From an uncultured Burkholderiales bacterium (GTDB lineage: Bacteria > Bacteroidota > Bacteroidia > UBA8524), in assembly GCA_964620355.1 (NCBI GenBank), contig CAZUIT010000005.1:11507-75506 (forward strand): a stretch of 64,000 bases of DNA. The letters are read 5' to 3'. A model generated the notes under the pieces. That model made no database searches, was not told the DNA's origin, and saw nothing but the letters and a program-made list of their open reading frames with translations. The position numbers and the translations under genes are program-made. Below, in pieces: positions 53,601-62,108 of the stretch (position 1 is the stretch's first letter; each line of letters starts with the position of its first letter).

Positions 53601-54355
53601 TTGACGTCCACCCGGTTATAATGGTATTTATCAAATAAGCTTGAGCTGATGACTTCGGCGGAGAAATATGGCTTTGTTTGAACTGAGGTTAAGTTTTGAA
53701 CTACTGCGCCACCGACAAAATCCCCGTATTCTGGCGCAACTCCTCCGAGAACAACGCTAAACTGAGCCAAAGATCTTGCTGAATAATTGAGGCTAGTTAG
53801 CAAGGGCATTGTTCCAAGATAATATCCGGTAGCAGAGGGGCGGGCTCCTTTGATGCTAAGCTGATTCCCTCTTCGAATCACGGAAGGTGAATAGCCAGCA
53901 ACCTCATTCAAATCACGAATTGGAATATTCTTGAGTTCATCAGGACCAAATGCCCGTATTCCGCCAACTTCGAGTTTCAATACCGTATCATGGAGTCGCT
54001 CTCCAAGAATATCAATAGTACCGCCCAACATGATAGCCGCTTCTCCCAGCCTAAAATTGACATAATTTACTTGTCCCCCTTTCACCTCGACTTTACGTTC
54101 TTGAGTCCCATAGCTGAAATAGCTTACGCGCAACACATAAGTGCCCGGGGAGATACCACTGATATAGTATTCGCCATCCATGTCGGTGGCCGCCCCTGTT
54201 ATCATGGTGCCCCCTTGAAGGAGAACAACATTGGCTTTAATAAGAATTTCTCCAGAAATAGAGTCTTTTACAATGCCTTTAATTTCGGCGGAGTTTTGTG
54301 CTCGGACACTCAGCGTGATGCCAAGGAGCAAAAAGAGGTAGATGTACTTGTGCAT
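50636..54355 (-). CDS. SusC/RagA-like TonB-dependent outer-membrane protein (1239 aa) with an N-terminal CarboxypepD_reg and a plug domain
   Basis: Signal peptide; ..GIVKDSISGEILIKANVVL..; plug-like ..LNEVAGYSPSVI..IKGARP..; C-terminal ..LLLTF. Confidence 0.75.
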   Translation of the reverse strand: MHKYIYLFLLLGITLSVRAQNSAEIKGIVKDSISGEILIKANVVLLQGGTMITGAATDMDGEYYISGISPGTYVLRVSYFSYGTQERKVEVKGGQVNYVNFRLGEAAIMLGGTIDILGERLHDTVLKLEVGGIRAFGPDELKNIPIRDLNEVAGYSPSVIRRGNQLSIKGARPSATGYYLGTMPLLTSLNYSARSLAQFSVVLGGVAPEYGDFVGGAVVQNLTSVQTKPYFSAEVISSSLFDKYHYNRVDVNFGGPLVMKRVKDKEYDRMVLGYHMNFNLFYQNDPNPSGIGVWRVKSDKLKEIEQNPIRQSVSGSGFVPSAEFLVQDDLEKVQAKDNADATDFMWLGKIEFRPLTNLSIEAAAIVDRNQSRIAPFGNQLLNSGANPVRTSWSAISYINMEHNLLATMKEEDIKRKQLKRLKYSVSLQYQGVWSRTEDPNLGDDYFRYGYVGKYTAYRAPVYQFQGNEGASGGSKPVIVDGDTVWIKNYYELQGYTDTLITFDRSTTSNPLLANYSSAYFDLAPKVSNFNQISTDGGAVLNGRNPIGIYSNMWSNVGTMLIGSSINSGVGRSQTEQFSLNLQGELTKGIHTAKVGLYFEQRVSRAYTVNAMNLWELMYQSANEGLQLDKSDPYLHYNAMGQFMDSISYPQVFNDKQSEFSKRLRQTLIDKGVRDEYGRLVTPESYVNVHGLNPDDLSLDLFTAEELLGSGGNNQYVSYFGYDYLGNKTRKNFGVSEFLDDPENRSLGAFRPIYAAMYLQDRIELKDMIFRLGVRIERFDANTPVLKDPYSLYPVRQVSEVSSLNGNAVKHPSTVGNDYLVYVNDVKNPTKVVGYRKGNEWYNEDGLRITDPGQLAQKTTSGTIQPFLVDASEEKLTRQSFKDYEAKVLVLPRFSVEFPISDDARFFAYYDVLAQRPSNVFTPLDDYYFMRFNPTKVVNNPDLKPQITTDYEIGFRQLLTRSSSLSLTASYREQRNMIQLVRYYQAYPVSYISYGNIDLSTIKGLRAEYQLQRRHFTLNASYSFQIAEGTGSGTSSQAGLISAGQPNLRNLFPLSYDVRHNIKMIFFQNFGAGKEYEGPVVSGKKILEHTGVGLTLNAFSGRPYTATSIATPDAQSGIASRSPLRGTPFGSRLPWSLGNNLNIHRDFPVTLGKREGQPIEGYFTLTLWMENFLNIQNREAVHSYSGSASTDGYLSSANGRNATESATNAQSFIDLYNTALANPGYYSAPRTTRLSLLLTF

Positions 54356-54675
54356 AGCATAAACTTTTTAGGCCCGGTTTTAAGGTCGTGGGCGTTAAAC
54401 AAAAAGTTCCCCTGCAGTGCACCGCATACTTCTTCTACTGGCTCATATTGAGCTTTAAGTCAACAAGTTATAAAGGAATCTTAAACTACTACTAAAACGG
54501 CAATTCAGGGGTCAATGGTTGGAGTAACGCTGCACCATTCTCTAAACTCATACCTAAACCGCTGATTTTCTGAGTAATAATTTTCTATCGACAAATTGAA
54601 AAAGCTTGTCAGGGTGCATTTGGACACTCCTGATGCACGCCTTATATTGCCATCCAATTTAAAAAATAACATATC

Positions 54676-55845
54676 ATGATGAATAAAACTTGGAGCATTG
54701 CCTGTGTGGCACTGGGAATTTTTACTAGCTCAATTGCGCAAGGGCAAACATTTAAAAACAAGGAAAACGGAAATATCACCTTCACCGTGGTAAAAGACCA
54801 CGACAAAACGGCGGTCGATAATCAATACAGAAGTTCTACTTGCTGGAGCTTTTCGTCGCTATCGTTTTTCGAATCGGAAATTCTTCGTCAAAGTAAAAAG
54901 GAGGTAAATCTTGCCGAAATGTTTGTGGTGAATCATGCTTACCGTGATAAGGCCGACAAATATGTACGCATGCATGGCAATGGAACCTTCGCAGCAGGTG
55001 GGGCTTTTCATGATGCCCTTTATGTGATGAAGAATTATGGCATGGTGCCTCAATCTGCTTATGCTGGAAAAAATGTAGACCCAGAAAATCATGTGCATTG
55101 GGAAATGGATAAAGTGCTCAAGGGTATTGTTGAAGCAGTTGTTGCCAACCCAAATGGCGTATTGAGCCCGGTGTGGAAAACGGCTTTTAACAGTGCTGTA
55201 GACGCTTACTTGGGAGAAATTCCAACAAAATTTGATGTCGATGGAAAATCTTACGATCCAAAATCCTATTTGACTTCCTTGAAAGTGAATCCAGATGACT
55301 ATGTAGTGATTACGTCATTTTCTCATCATCCTTTTTATTCTTCTTTCGTACTCGAAGTTCCAGACAATTGGGCTGCACAATCCTGCTATAATGTTCCTCT
55401 GAATGATTTCCGCGATATTATGAGCAATGCAATCGACAAAGGATACACTTTTGCTTGGGCGGCTGATGTGAGCGAAAAAGGATTTAATTGGAAAAATGGA
55501 GTAGCCATTGTTCCTGAAAAGGGATGGTCAGGCTATGGAAAAGGAGATATCGACAGCCTAACTGACCATGCGCTCCCTCAAATGGTGATTACCCAAGAAA
55601 ACCGCCAAGAGGCTTTCGATAACTTTGAAACGCAAGACGATCATGGAATGCATATTACCGGGATGGTAAAGGACCAAAATGGCACCGTCTATTATAAAGT
55701 GAAAAATTCTTGGGGAAATAAGAGCAATGACTGTGATGGATATCTTTATGCTTCTGAGTCCTATGTCTTGTACAAAAGCACCAATATCATGCTTCATAAA
55801 AATGCCGTACCGAGTGGTATTGCCAAGAAGCTAGGGATTAAATAA
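54676..55845 (+). CDS. pepC: C1B-family cysteine peptidase (aminopeptidase C / bleomycin hydrolase-like) with a signal peptide
   Basis: ..QYRSSTCWSFSSLSFFESE.. is the catalytic Cys region of C1B. Confidence 0.8.
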   Translation: MMNKTWSIACVALGIFTSSIAQGQTFKNKENGNITFTVVKDHDKTAVDNQYRSSTCWSFSSLSFFESEILRQSKKEVNLAEMFVVNHAYRDKADKYVRMHGNGTFAAGGAFHDALYVMKNYGMVPQSAYAGKNVDPENHVHWEMDKVLKGIVEAVVANPNGVLSPVWKTAFNSAVDAYLGEIPTKFDVDGKSYDPKSYLTSLKVNPDDYVVITSFSHHPFYSSFVLEVPDNWAAQSCYNVPLNDFRDIMSNAIDKGYTFAWAADVSEKGFNWKNGVAIVPEKGWSGYGKGDIDSLTDHALPQMVITQENRQEAFDNFETQDDHGMHITGMVKDQNGTVYYKVKNSWGNKSNDCDGYLYASESYVLYKSTNIMLHKNAVPSGIAKKLGIK

Positions 55846-55887
55846 CTGGGATATCTTTTTTCAATTCCGATACCTCTTGGACTAAAA

Positions 55888-55941
55888 ATCCAAGTTCCAA
55901 ATTCCAAGTTCCACTTCGAAGGATTCTTGGAATTTGGTTCC
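55888..55941. repeat. Inverted repeat (12-bp perfect arms ccaaattccaag/cttggaatttgg around a cttcgaag palindrome) between convergent genes
   Basis: Read directly. Related ATTCCAAGT/GGATTTGGAA motifs occur at 33027-33045 and 17560-17570. Confidence 0.5.
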
Positions 55942-55981
55942 TATAGCTATCGGAATTGTTTATTGAAGCTTACCGAAGGTA

Positions 55982-58324
55982 CTATTGCCATAAAGGCACG
56001 GTTAACTGAATGTTGATATTTCTACCCGGTTCCGGAAGATTCAAATAACGCCAGCGTGAGAGGTGATTGTAGTATGCGATGTCAAAAATATTGCGCACGT
56101 TCACGGCCAAGGATAGTGCATAGTTCTTTTTTACCTGAAAGGAGGAACCTAGTCCGAAATTCACCAAATGATACCCCGGCGTTGTCCGTTCATTGCGATC
56201 CGTTCTTTCTTGCGCATTCGCCCAATTCCAGGCCAAACGGATATAGGCATCCTTCAATATTTTCCAATCTCCTTCGAACTCAATGGCCGATTTCAATTGC
56301 ATTGGTGGGATAAATGGTAGAGGCAATTTCTCCTCCAGATTCTGTGCATAGACATACTCAAAACCTCCTTCAAGATGCAGTGCCTCGACCGGGTGATATT
56401 CTACGCTAAACTCTCCCCCACTCATCAAGGCTTTCGCCTCGGTATATTGAAATACTTGTCCGGCTTCAGGTAAAGGAGAAAATTGAGCGGTTGGTCGGAG
56501 GTAAATATAATTTTGAAAATAGTTCAAATAAGGAGTGATACTCATAAACCAAGATTTGCTCTCATAGTTAAGCCCGGCATCAAACTGAATGGCCTGCTCG
56601 GGGTCGAGGGAAGCATCACCCTTTTCATGACGAAAGGACCCATGGTGAACGCCATTGACACTCAGCTCTTGGGTCGTTGGAATTCGGAAACTTTTCCCCA
56701 GGTTAAGCTTTAAATTCAGTGCATGGGTGAAATATTTCGATAACCCAATTGCGCCTGACCAGTTCAAGAATTCTCTCGTATTTTCAAGCACGCGCACACT
56801 TTCGCCAACAGCAAGTCCATTTATATAATTTGTTTGACGATGACCGCCAATATGGGTCCATCCATAATCTAGGCGCAATCCGCCACTGATTGTCAAGAGC
56901 GGGTTCACATGCCGATTATGGAAAATATAAATTCCTGCTCCAGCGCGTTCAAAATTGGCCAATAGAAACTCATAGCCACCAAAACGATGTGCTTGGTAGA
57001 TTCCAGAAAAACCAAGCGTGCTTTTTCCTTGCTTCCTATCTTGGTAATAGCGGGCATTCAGACTCCCAGTGCTTAACACCAATTCATGCGCCAAGGGGCT
57101 TGTACCGATTGGCTGTCCGTGGGCATGCGGACTCGATTGTTCTTTCCGAATATTCTGCTGAAAACCAGCATCAAGCTCCAGCCAATTTCCACCAAACTGA
57201 ATATTAGAGTTGGAAATTATTTTAAGATGATTAATCTGCTGATTCGGAAGCTCAATATTCCGAGAACTACCATCATCTATTAAATTATACGCCCGGGGAA
57301 TACCAATGGCTCCACTGAATACACCTATATTTTGATTGTAATTGCTAATGCTTATCCGCGAATAGCCCCATTTCCGATGCAGTCCGATTTGACCAGCAAG
57401 ATGTTTTTCTTTTCCTGCTGTATTTTTCAATAATTCCGCTTGAATTGGCAAGGTATATCTGTTATAGGTGAAAGAATCAGCTGGCACACGGTAGTCGCCA
57501 TATTCTAGCCAAGTTGCTCGAAACCGGTAAACCCAACCTGAGCTATTCCCACTAGCCGAGGCTGAGCCACCCATCGTATTATTTACCGATTTATAGATGC
57601 CCTGTACCTTCCCGTCGTGCGTTCCATGCAATGGGATAAGAGGTTGCTTGATATGGATGACGCCTCCCATGGCATCCGATCCATAAAGCAGCGAAGCCGG
57701 ACCTTTAATTATTTCAATCCGTTCTGCATTAAAGGGATCAATCTCTAATCCATGATCTGCTCCCCATTGCTGTCCCTCCTGCTTGATGCCATTTTCTGCC
57801 ACCACTATACGGTTTCCCGACATGCCACGAATAACTGGTTTACTCACCGCCACCCCCATATTGATGCTATTGATGCCCGGTATTTGCTCCAATGCATTGC
57901 TCAGCGTTGGGCCTTGATTTCGTTCTAACGATTTTTCATCCAAGACCTGTACAGAAACCGTATAATCGCGCTGTTCTAACTTCAACGAGTTGTCTTCAAT
58001 CACTGCTTCGTGAAGCTCCAAATCAGAACGGTGCATTTCTATCAATACGGCCTGTGTTGAATCCCCAATCCGCACATGCTGACTAAAAGCATGGTAGCCA
58101 ACAAAAGTTACATGAAGATGGTACGTACCTTTATTGATTCCTTGAAGATGGAAATAGCCTGAATCGTTAGAACTAGTTCCCTGTAATGTTTCATGCAAGT
58201 AAACAGTGGCTCCCAATAAGCCTTGCCCTTTCTCATCTACAATGCGACCTTTCAGTCCATAGGTTTGCGCTTGCACTGATACACAAAAAAGTAAAAGAAA
58301 AAATAGTAGCCCAGATTTTCGCAT
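55982..58324 (-). CDS. TonB-dependent receptor (CarboxypepD_reg + plug + barrel)
   Basis: ..GRIVDEKGQGLLGATVYL..; plug ..PGINSINMGVAVSKPVIRGMSGNRIVV... Confidence 0.8.
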   Translation of the reverse strand: MRKSGLLFFLLLFCVSVQAQTYGLKGRIVDEKGQGLLGATVYLHETLQGTSSNDSGYFHLQGINKGTYHLHVTFVGYHAFSQHVRIGDSTQAVLIEMHRSDLELHEAVIEDNSLKLEQRDYTVSVQVLDEKSLERNQGPTLSNALEQIPGINSINMGVAVSKPVIRGMSGNRIVVAENGIKQEGQQWGADHGLEIDPFNAERIEIIKGPASLLYGSDAMGGVIHIKQPLIPLHGTHDGKVQGIYKSVNNTMGGSASASGNSSGWVYRFRATWLEYGDYRVPADSFTYNRYTLPIQAELLKNTAGKEKHLAGQIGLHRKWGYSRISISNYNQNIGVFSGAIGIPRAYNLIDDGSSRNIELPNQQINHLKIISNSNIQFGGNWLELDAGFQQNIRKEQSSPHAHGQPIGTSPLAHELVLSTGSLNARYYQDRKQGKSTLGFSGIYQAHRFGGYEFLLANFERAGAGIYIFHNRHVNPLLTISGGLRLDYGWTHIGGHRQTNYINGLAVGESVRVLENTREFLNWSGAIGLSKYFTHALNLKLNLGKSFRIPTTQELSVNGVHHGSFRHEKGDASLDPEQAIQFDAGLNYESKSWFMSITPYLNYFQNYIYLRPTAQFSPLPEAGQVFQYTEAKALMSGGEFSVEYHPVEALHLEGGFEYVYAQNLEEKLPLPFIPPMQLKSAIEFEGDWKILKDAYIRLAWNWANAQERTDRNERTTPGYHLVNFGLGSSFQVKKNYALSLAVNVRNIFDIAYYNHLSRWRYLNLPEPGRNINIQLTVPLWQ

Positions 58325-58387
58325 GCTTGCTTAATGCAATAATGTTGCAAATAACGGGTTTCCTAATAAGATTAAGAAATTGGAGGA

Positions 58388-59008
58388 CTATCCAGCATTA
58401 AAATACTTCCGAATACCAAGGCTCACCGTATTATGAAAATAGCCAGGTCTACGTTTAGGCGCGGTAAAAAGCTTACCACAATTGGCGCCGTCGATGCAGG
58501 TAAGAGAATAGGCAAAACGACTATAAATCACCATCTGCTCTTTTAAGCTGTAAGATAAACCGAGGTTCATTTCCCAATCTAGCCTATTGTATTGCGCCGT
58601 GGTTACATACCGACCTGTCTTATCATTATTAAAGGCGTACATCAAAACACCAAAAGAAGGGCCCGCTTCTACCTGAAACTTATTGATCTTATAGTTCAGC
58701 ATAAAAGGTACTTCAATATAATAGAAGGCTGTTTTTAAAGGATCCGTAATATTATCAATATTGATATAGTTTTTTGCGCCCTTGATGGTGAAGAGAAATT
58801 CAGCGCGTAAATTGAGTTTATTGCCCAGGCTCCGATCTACAAATATCCCCAGATGAGGTCCGATTTTATTGTAGCCACTAAGGTTATCACCATCTACCTG
58901 TGTAGCAGTTAAACCTGCGATATAGCCCAATTTGAAGTCTTGAGCAAAGGTCAAACACCCACTACCTAAAAGAAAAACGAACAGAATACCACGAATCAAT
59001 TGAATCAT
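58388..59008 (-). CDS. Small outer-membrane beta-barrel protein (porin-family/PorT-like)
   Basis: Signal peptide, alternating amphipathic strands, 206 aa. Confidence 0.55.
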   Translation of the reverse strand: MIQLIRGILFVFLLGSGCLTFAQDFKLGYIAGLTATQVDGDNLSGYNKIGPHLGIFVDRSLGNKLNLRAEFLFTIKGAKNYINIDNITDPLKTAFYYIEVPFMLNYKINKFQVEAGPSFGVLMYAFNNDKTGRYVTTAQYNRLDWEMNLGLSYSLKEQMVIYSRFAYSLTCIDGANCGKLFTAPKRRPGYFHNTVSLGIRKYFNAG

Positions 59009-59030
59009 TGCAGCAAGTTACATTGCTTCC

Positions 59031-60521
59031 TTAAACCTGCAAAGTGCGAAGGAAGGATTCCGCCTTACGAATCAATAAATGCATCTCTACATCATCCTCA
59101 ACTTGTGGAACCTGAGATCTGAAATCGGCCACGAAATCTTCAAGAAGTTCAGAACTCTGCCCGGGCCTTCTGAAATGGAATGCCTGTGCTGCAGTCATAA
59201 GTTCAAGTGCCAGGATTCGCTCCAAATTCAACAGCACTTTATAGCACTTGGTAGCGGCATTCGCTCCCATACTCACATGATCTTCTTGTCCGTTACTACT
59301 CACAATCGAGTCAACAGATGCCGGCGTGCAATACTGTTTATTCTGACTAACAATTCCTGCTGAGAGGTATTGTACAATCATAAAACCAGAGTGCAGTCCT
59401 GGGTTCGGCGTTAAAAATGCTGGAAGATTTCTTTGTCCGGATACCAAAAGATAGAGCCGGCGCTCCGAAATATTCCCTAATTCTGAAAAGGCCATACAGA
59501 GGTAATCAATAGGCAAGGCCAATGGTTGACCGTGAAAATTTCCCCCACTGATGATTTCATCTTCATCAGCAAAAATATTTGGATTATCCGTTACGGAATT
59601 AATTTCAGTGCCCACCACTTGGGTCACATGGCGTAAGGCATCTTTACTTGCTCCATGTACTTGTGGAATGCAGCGAAAACTATAGGGGTCCTGGGTATGA
59701 ACTTTTTCCCCTTCAGCGATAGATGAACCTTTGCGGTATTTTTGTATGACCAGGGACGTTTCAAGGTGACCTGCATGCGGACGAACCTGTCCAATTTTTA
59801 TATCAAAAGCATCGAGTCTAGCATCAAAAGCATCGCAGGATAACGCGGCTATTAAATCACCAGCATGCACCAATTCTTCTCCACGAGCTACTAAGGCTGT
59901 GGCGTAGGCTGAAATAAACTGAGTTCCATTGATGAGGGCTAATCCTTCTTTCGCTCCAAGATTAAGTGGCTCTAATCCTAATTTTTGCAAGGCGTCAGCC
60001 CCCGTCATACGCTGACCTTTTAGCGCAACCTCCCCCTTACCAATTAAAGGTAAGGCCAAATGAGCCAATGGCGCTAAATCTCCTGAAGCTCCTAAAGAGC
60101 CGAGTTCATAAACCACTGGAATGCAGTCTTCATTATAGAAATGAATGAGCCGTTCAACTGTGGCCAATTGCACACCGCTGTATCCATACGACAAACTCTG
60201 CGCTTTGAGTAAAAGCATTAGGCGAACAATTTCTTGAGGCACTTCATCTCCTGCCCCACATGCATGAGAGGTCAATAGATTGTATTGAAGCTCGGCCAGT
60301 TTATCTTTTGCAATAACAGTATTATACAAAGAACCGAACCCAGTGTTGATACCATAATGGGCACTTTCACTCTTGTTTATCTTATCCTGCAGGTAAGTAT
60401 AAACCTTAAGAATTGCTTCTCTTGATGTTTCAGCCAACTGGGCCTTATCACCATTTCTTACTGCCTTAAATAAGGCACTTGGCTTTAACTCTTTGCGGCA
60501 ATCGATATGAATTGTACTCAT
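59031..60521 (-). CDS. hutH: Histidine ammonia-lyase (MIO-dependent aromatic amino acid ammonia-lyase family)
   Basis: ..GSLGASGDLAPLAHLA.. MIO-forming Ala-Ser-Gly motif. Confidence 0.85.
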   Translation of the reverse strand: MSTIHIDCRKELKPSALFKAVRNGDKAQLAETSREAILKVYTYLQDKINKSESAHYGINTGFGSLYNTVIAKDKLAELQYNLLTSHACGAGDEVPQEIVRLMLLLKAQSLSYGYSGVQLATVERLIHFYNEDCIPVVYELGSLGASGDLAPLAHLALPLIGKGEVALKGQRMTGADALQKLGLEPLNLGAKEGLALINGTQFISAYATALVARGEELVHAGDLIAALSCDAFDARLDAFDIKIGQVRPHAGHLETSLVIQKYRKGSSIAEGEKVHTQDPYSFRCIPQVHGASKDALRHVTQVVGTEINSVTDNPNIFADEDEIISGGNFHGQPLALPIDYLCMAFSELGNISERRLYLLVSGQRNLPAFLTPNPGLHSGFMIVQYLSAGIVSQNKQYCTPASVDSIVSSNGQEDHVSMGANAATKCYKVLLNLERILALELMTAAQAFHFRRPGQSSELLEDFVADFRSQVPQVEDDVEMHLLIRKAESFLRTLQV

Positions 60522-61879
60522 GCTTTTAGTTTTGAAATGATCGCTGCCATAGTCAGAGATTCTTGCTCTCCGCTAAGCATATTTTTTAAACTTAGTACGC
60601 CTGATTCGAGTTCTTGTTCTCCCAACAGTATGGCGTAGGCAATTTTATTCGAGTCGGCATAACCCAACTGTTTTTTCAATTTTGCGGCGGTGGGATATAC
60701 CTCGGTAGCAATTCCAGCTGCTCTACTTTGCATGGCCAGGGCAAAGGCTTTGCTTTTCGCATGATCATCCATCGGACAAACCAATAAGGTACTTGAGCTG
60801 GAGGCTGATTCTGGAAACAAGTTCAATTCCAAAAGCACATCATAAATTCTATCTGCGCCAAAAGACACGCCAACGCCCGACACTCCTTTAAGTCCGAAGA
60901 TGCTGGTGAGATCATCATAACGTCCACCGCCACCGATGCTACCCATTTTTACGCCAAGAGCCTGAACCTCGTAGATGGTTCCGGTATAGTAGTTTAGTCC
61001 ACGTGCGAGCGTTCCATCAAAAACAATTTCATTTTGGGCCTTATAGCTAGCGAGGTAATTCATCACCTCTTCCAACTCATCTAAACCCAACCTACCGGTT
61101 TCATCTTTAATATGAGCACGCATATTGGCAATGAAGTCGGCATCTAATGCTCCTTGTTGCAGGAGGTTCATAGCTCTCTTTGCATCACCGCCTAAAGCAG
61201 CTAACTCTTCTCTGACCTTTTCTGCACCAATTTTATCGAGTTTATCGATGATGATGGTAAAGCTGCGGAAGCTTTCTTTAAAGCCACATTCATTCGCTAT
61301 CCCTTCGAGTATCTTTCTGTTATTAATACGAATACTCACAGGAAGTCCGAAAGCATGGAAGGCTTCATCATAAATACAAAGGAGTTCCGATTCGTATACC
61401 AAAGAGTCTGAACCCACAATATCTACATCACATTGGTAGAACTCGCGGTAGCGACCTCTTTGCGGACGATCTGCGCGCCATACAGGCTGTATTTGATAGC
61501 GTTTAAATGGAAAGGTAATGTCGCTTTGGTGCATGACCACATAGCGTGCAAATGGTACCGTTAAATCATAGCGCAATCCACGATCGGCAATATGATTAAT
61601 CAGCTTATTCGAGTTTTTTTCTTGGATAAGTTCATCTGGCGCCTTCTTGAGGTAATCACCTGAATTTAGGATTTTAAACAAGAGGGTATCACCTTCATCA
61701 CCATATTTCCCTGTCAGGGTATTCAGGTTTTCAAAGGATGGTGTTTCTATTTGTTGAAATCCATAGCGGCGGAATACATTTTCAAGGGTTGAAAAGATAT
61801 ACCGACGACGCGCCATTTCTTGTGGAGAGAAGTCGCGCGTACCTTGTGGAATGGAAGGTTTTTGACTCATGGGCCGCAA
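60518..61879 (-). CDS. hisS: Histidine--tRNA ligase
   Basis: ..PQGTRDFSPQEM.. and class II motifs. Its stop overlaps the hutH start by 4 nt. Confidence 0.9.
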   Translation of the reverse strand: MRPMSQKPSIPQGTRDFSPQEMARRRYIFSTLENVFRRYGFQQIETPSFENLNTLTGKYGDEGDTLLFKILNSGDYLKKAPDELIQEKNSNKLINHIADRGLRYDLTVPFARYVVMHQSDITFPFKRYQIQPVWRADRPQRGRYREFYQCDVDIVGSDSLVYESELLCIYDEAFHAFGLPVSIRINNRKILEGIANECGFKESFRSFTIIIDKLDKIGAEKVREELAALGGDAKRAMNLLQQGALDADFIANMRAHIKDETGRLGLDELEEVMNYLASYKAQNEIVFDGTLARGLNYYTGTIYEVQALGVKMGSIGGGGRYDDLTSIFGLKGVSGVGVSFGADRIYDVLLELNLFPESASSSSTLLVCPMDDHAKSKAFALAMQSRAAGIATEVYPTAAKLKKQLGYADSNKIAYAILLGEQELESGVLSLKNMLSGEQESLTMAAIISKLKA

Positions 61880-62070
61880 GTTAATATAAAGTCTTGAGAC
61901 GTATCGACATTAGGACTTTACAGCGGTGAGACTATGACTCCGGTCCCTGACTGCGTGCGCTGGAGCGATTAGCGAAGGTGTAGCGGCCAAACAAGGCATT
62001 AGATATAGATTACGCGTTACGGCCAGTCGCAGGGTCACGGAACGACAGTGAGAGACTTAGACGGTAATTG

Positions 62071-62099
62071 CCATAACCCGAAACCTCTAACCCAAACCC
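62071..62099 (-). repeat. GT-rich element copy D (reverse complement GGGTTTGGGTTAGAGGTTTCGGGTTATGG)
   Basis: About 25/29 identity to copy A at 35274. It lies 10 nt downstream of the S8 peptidase stop. Confidence 0.7.
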
Positions 62100-62108
62100 T
62101 TTTAATAG

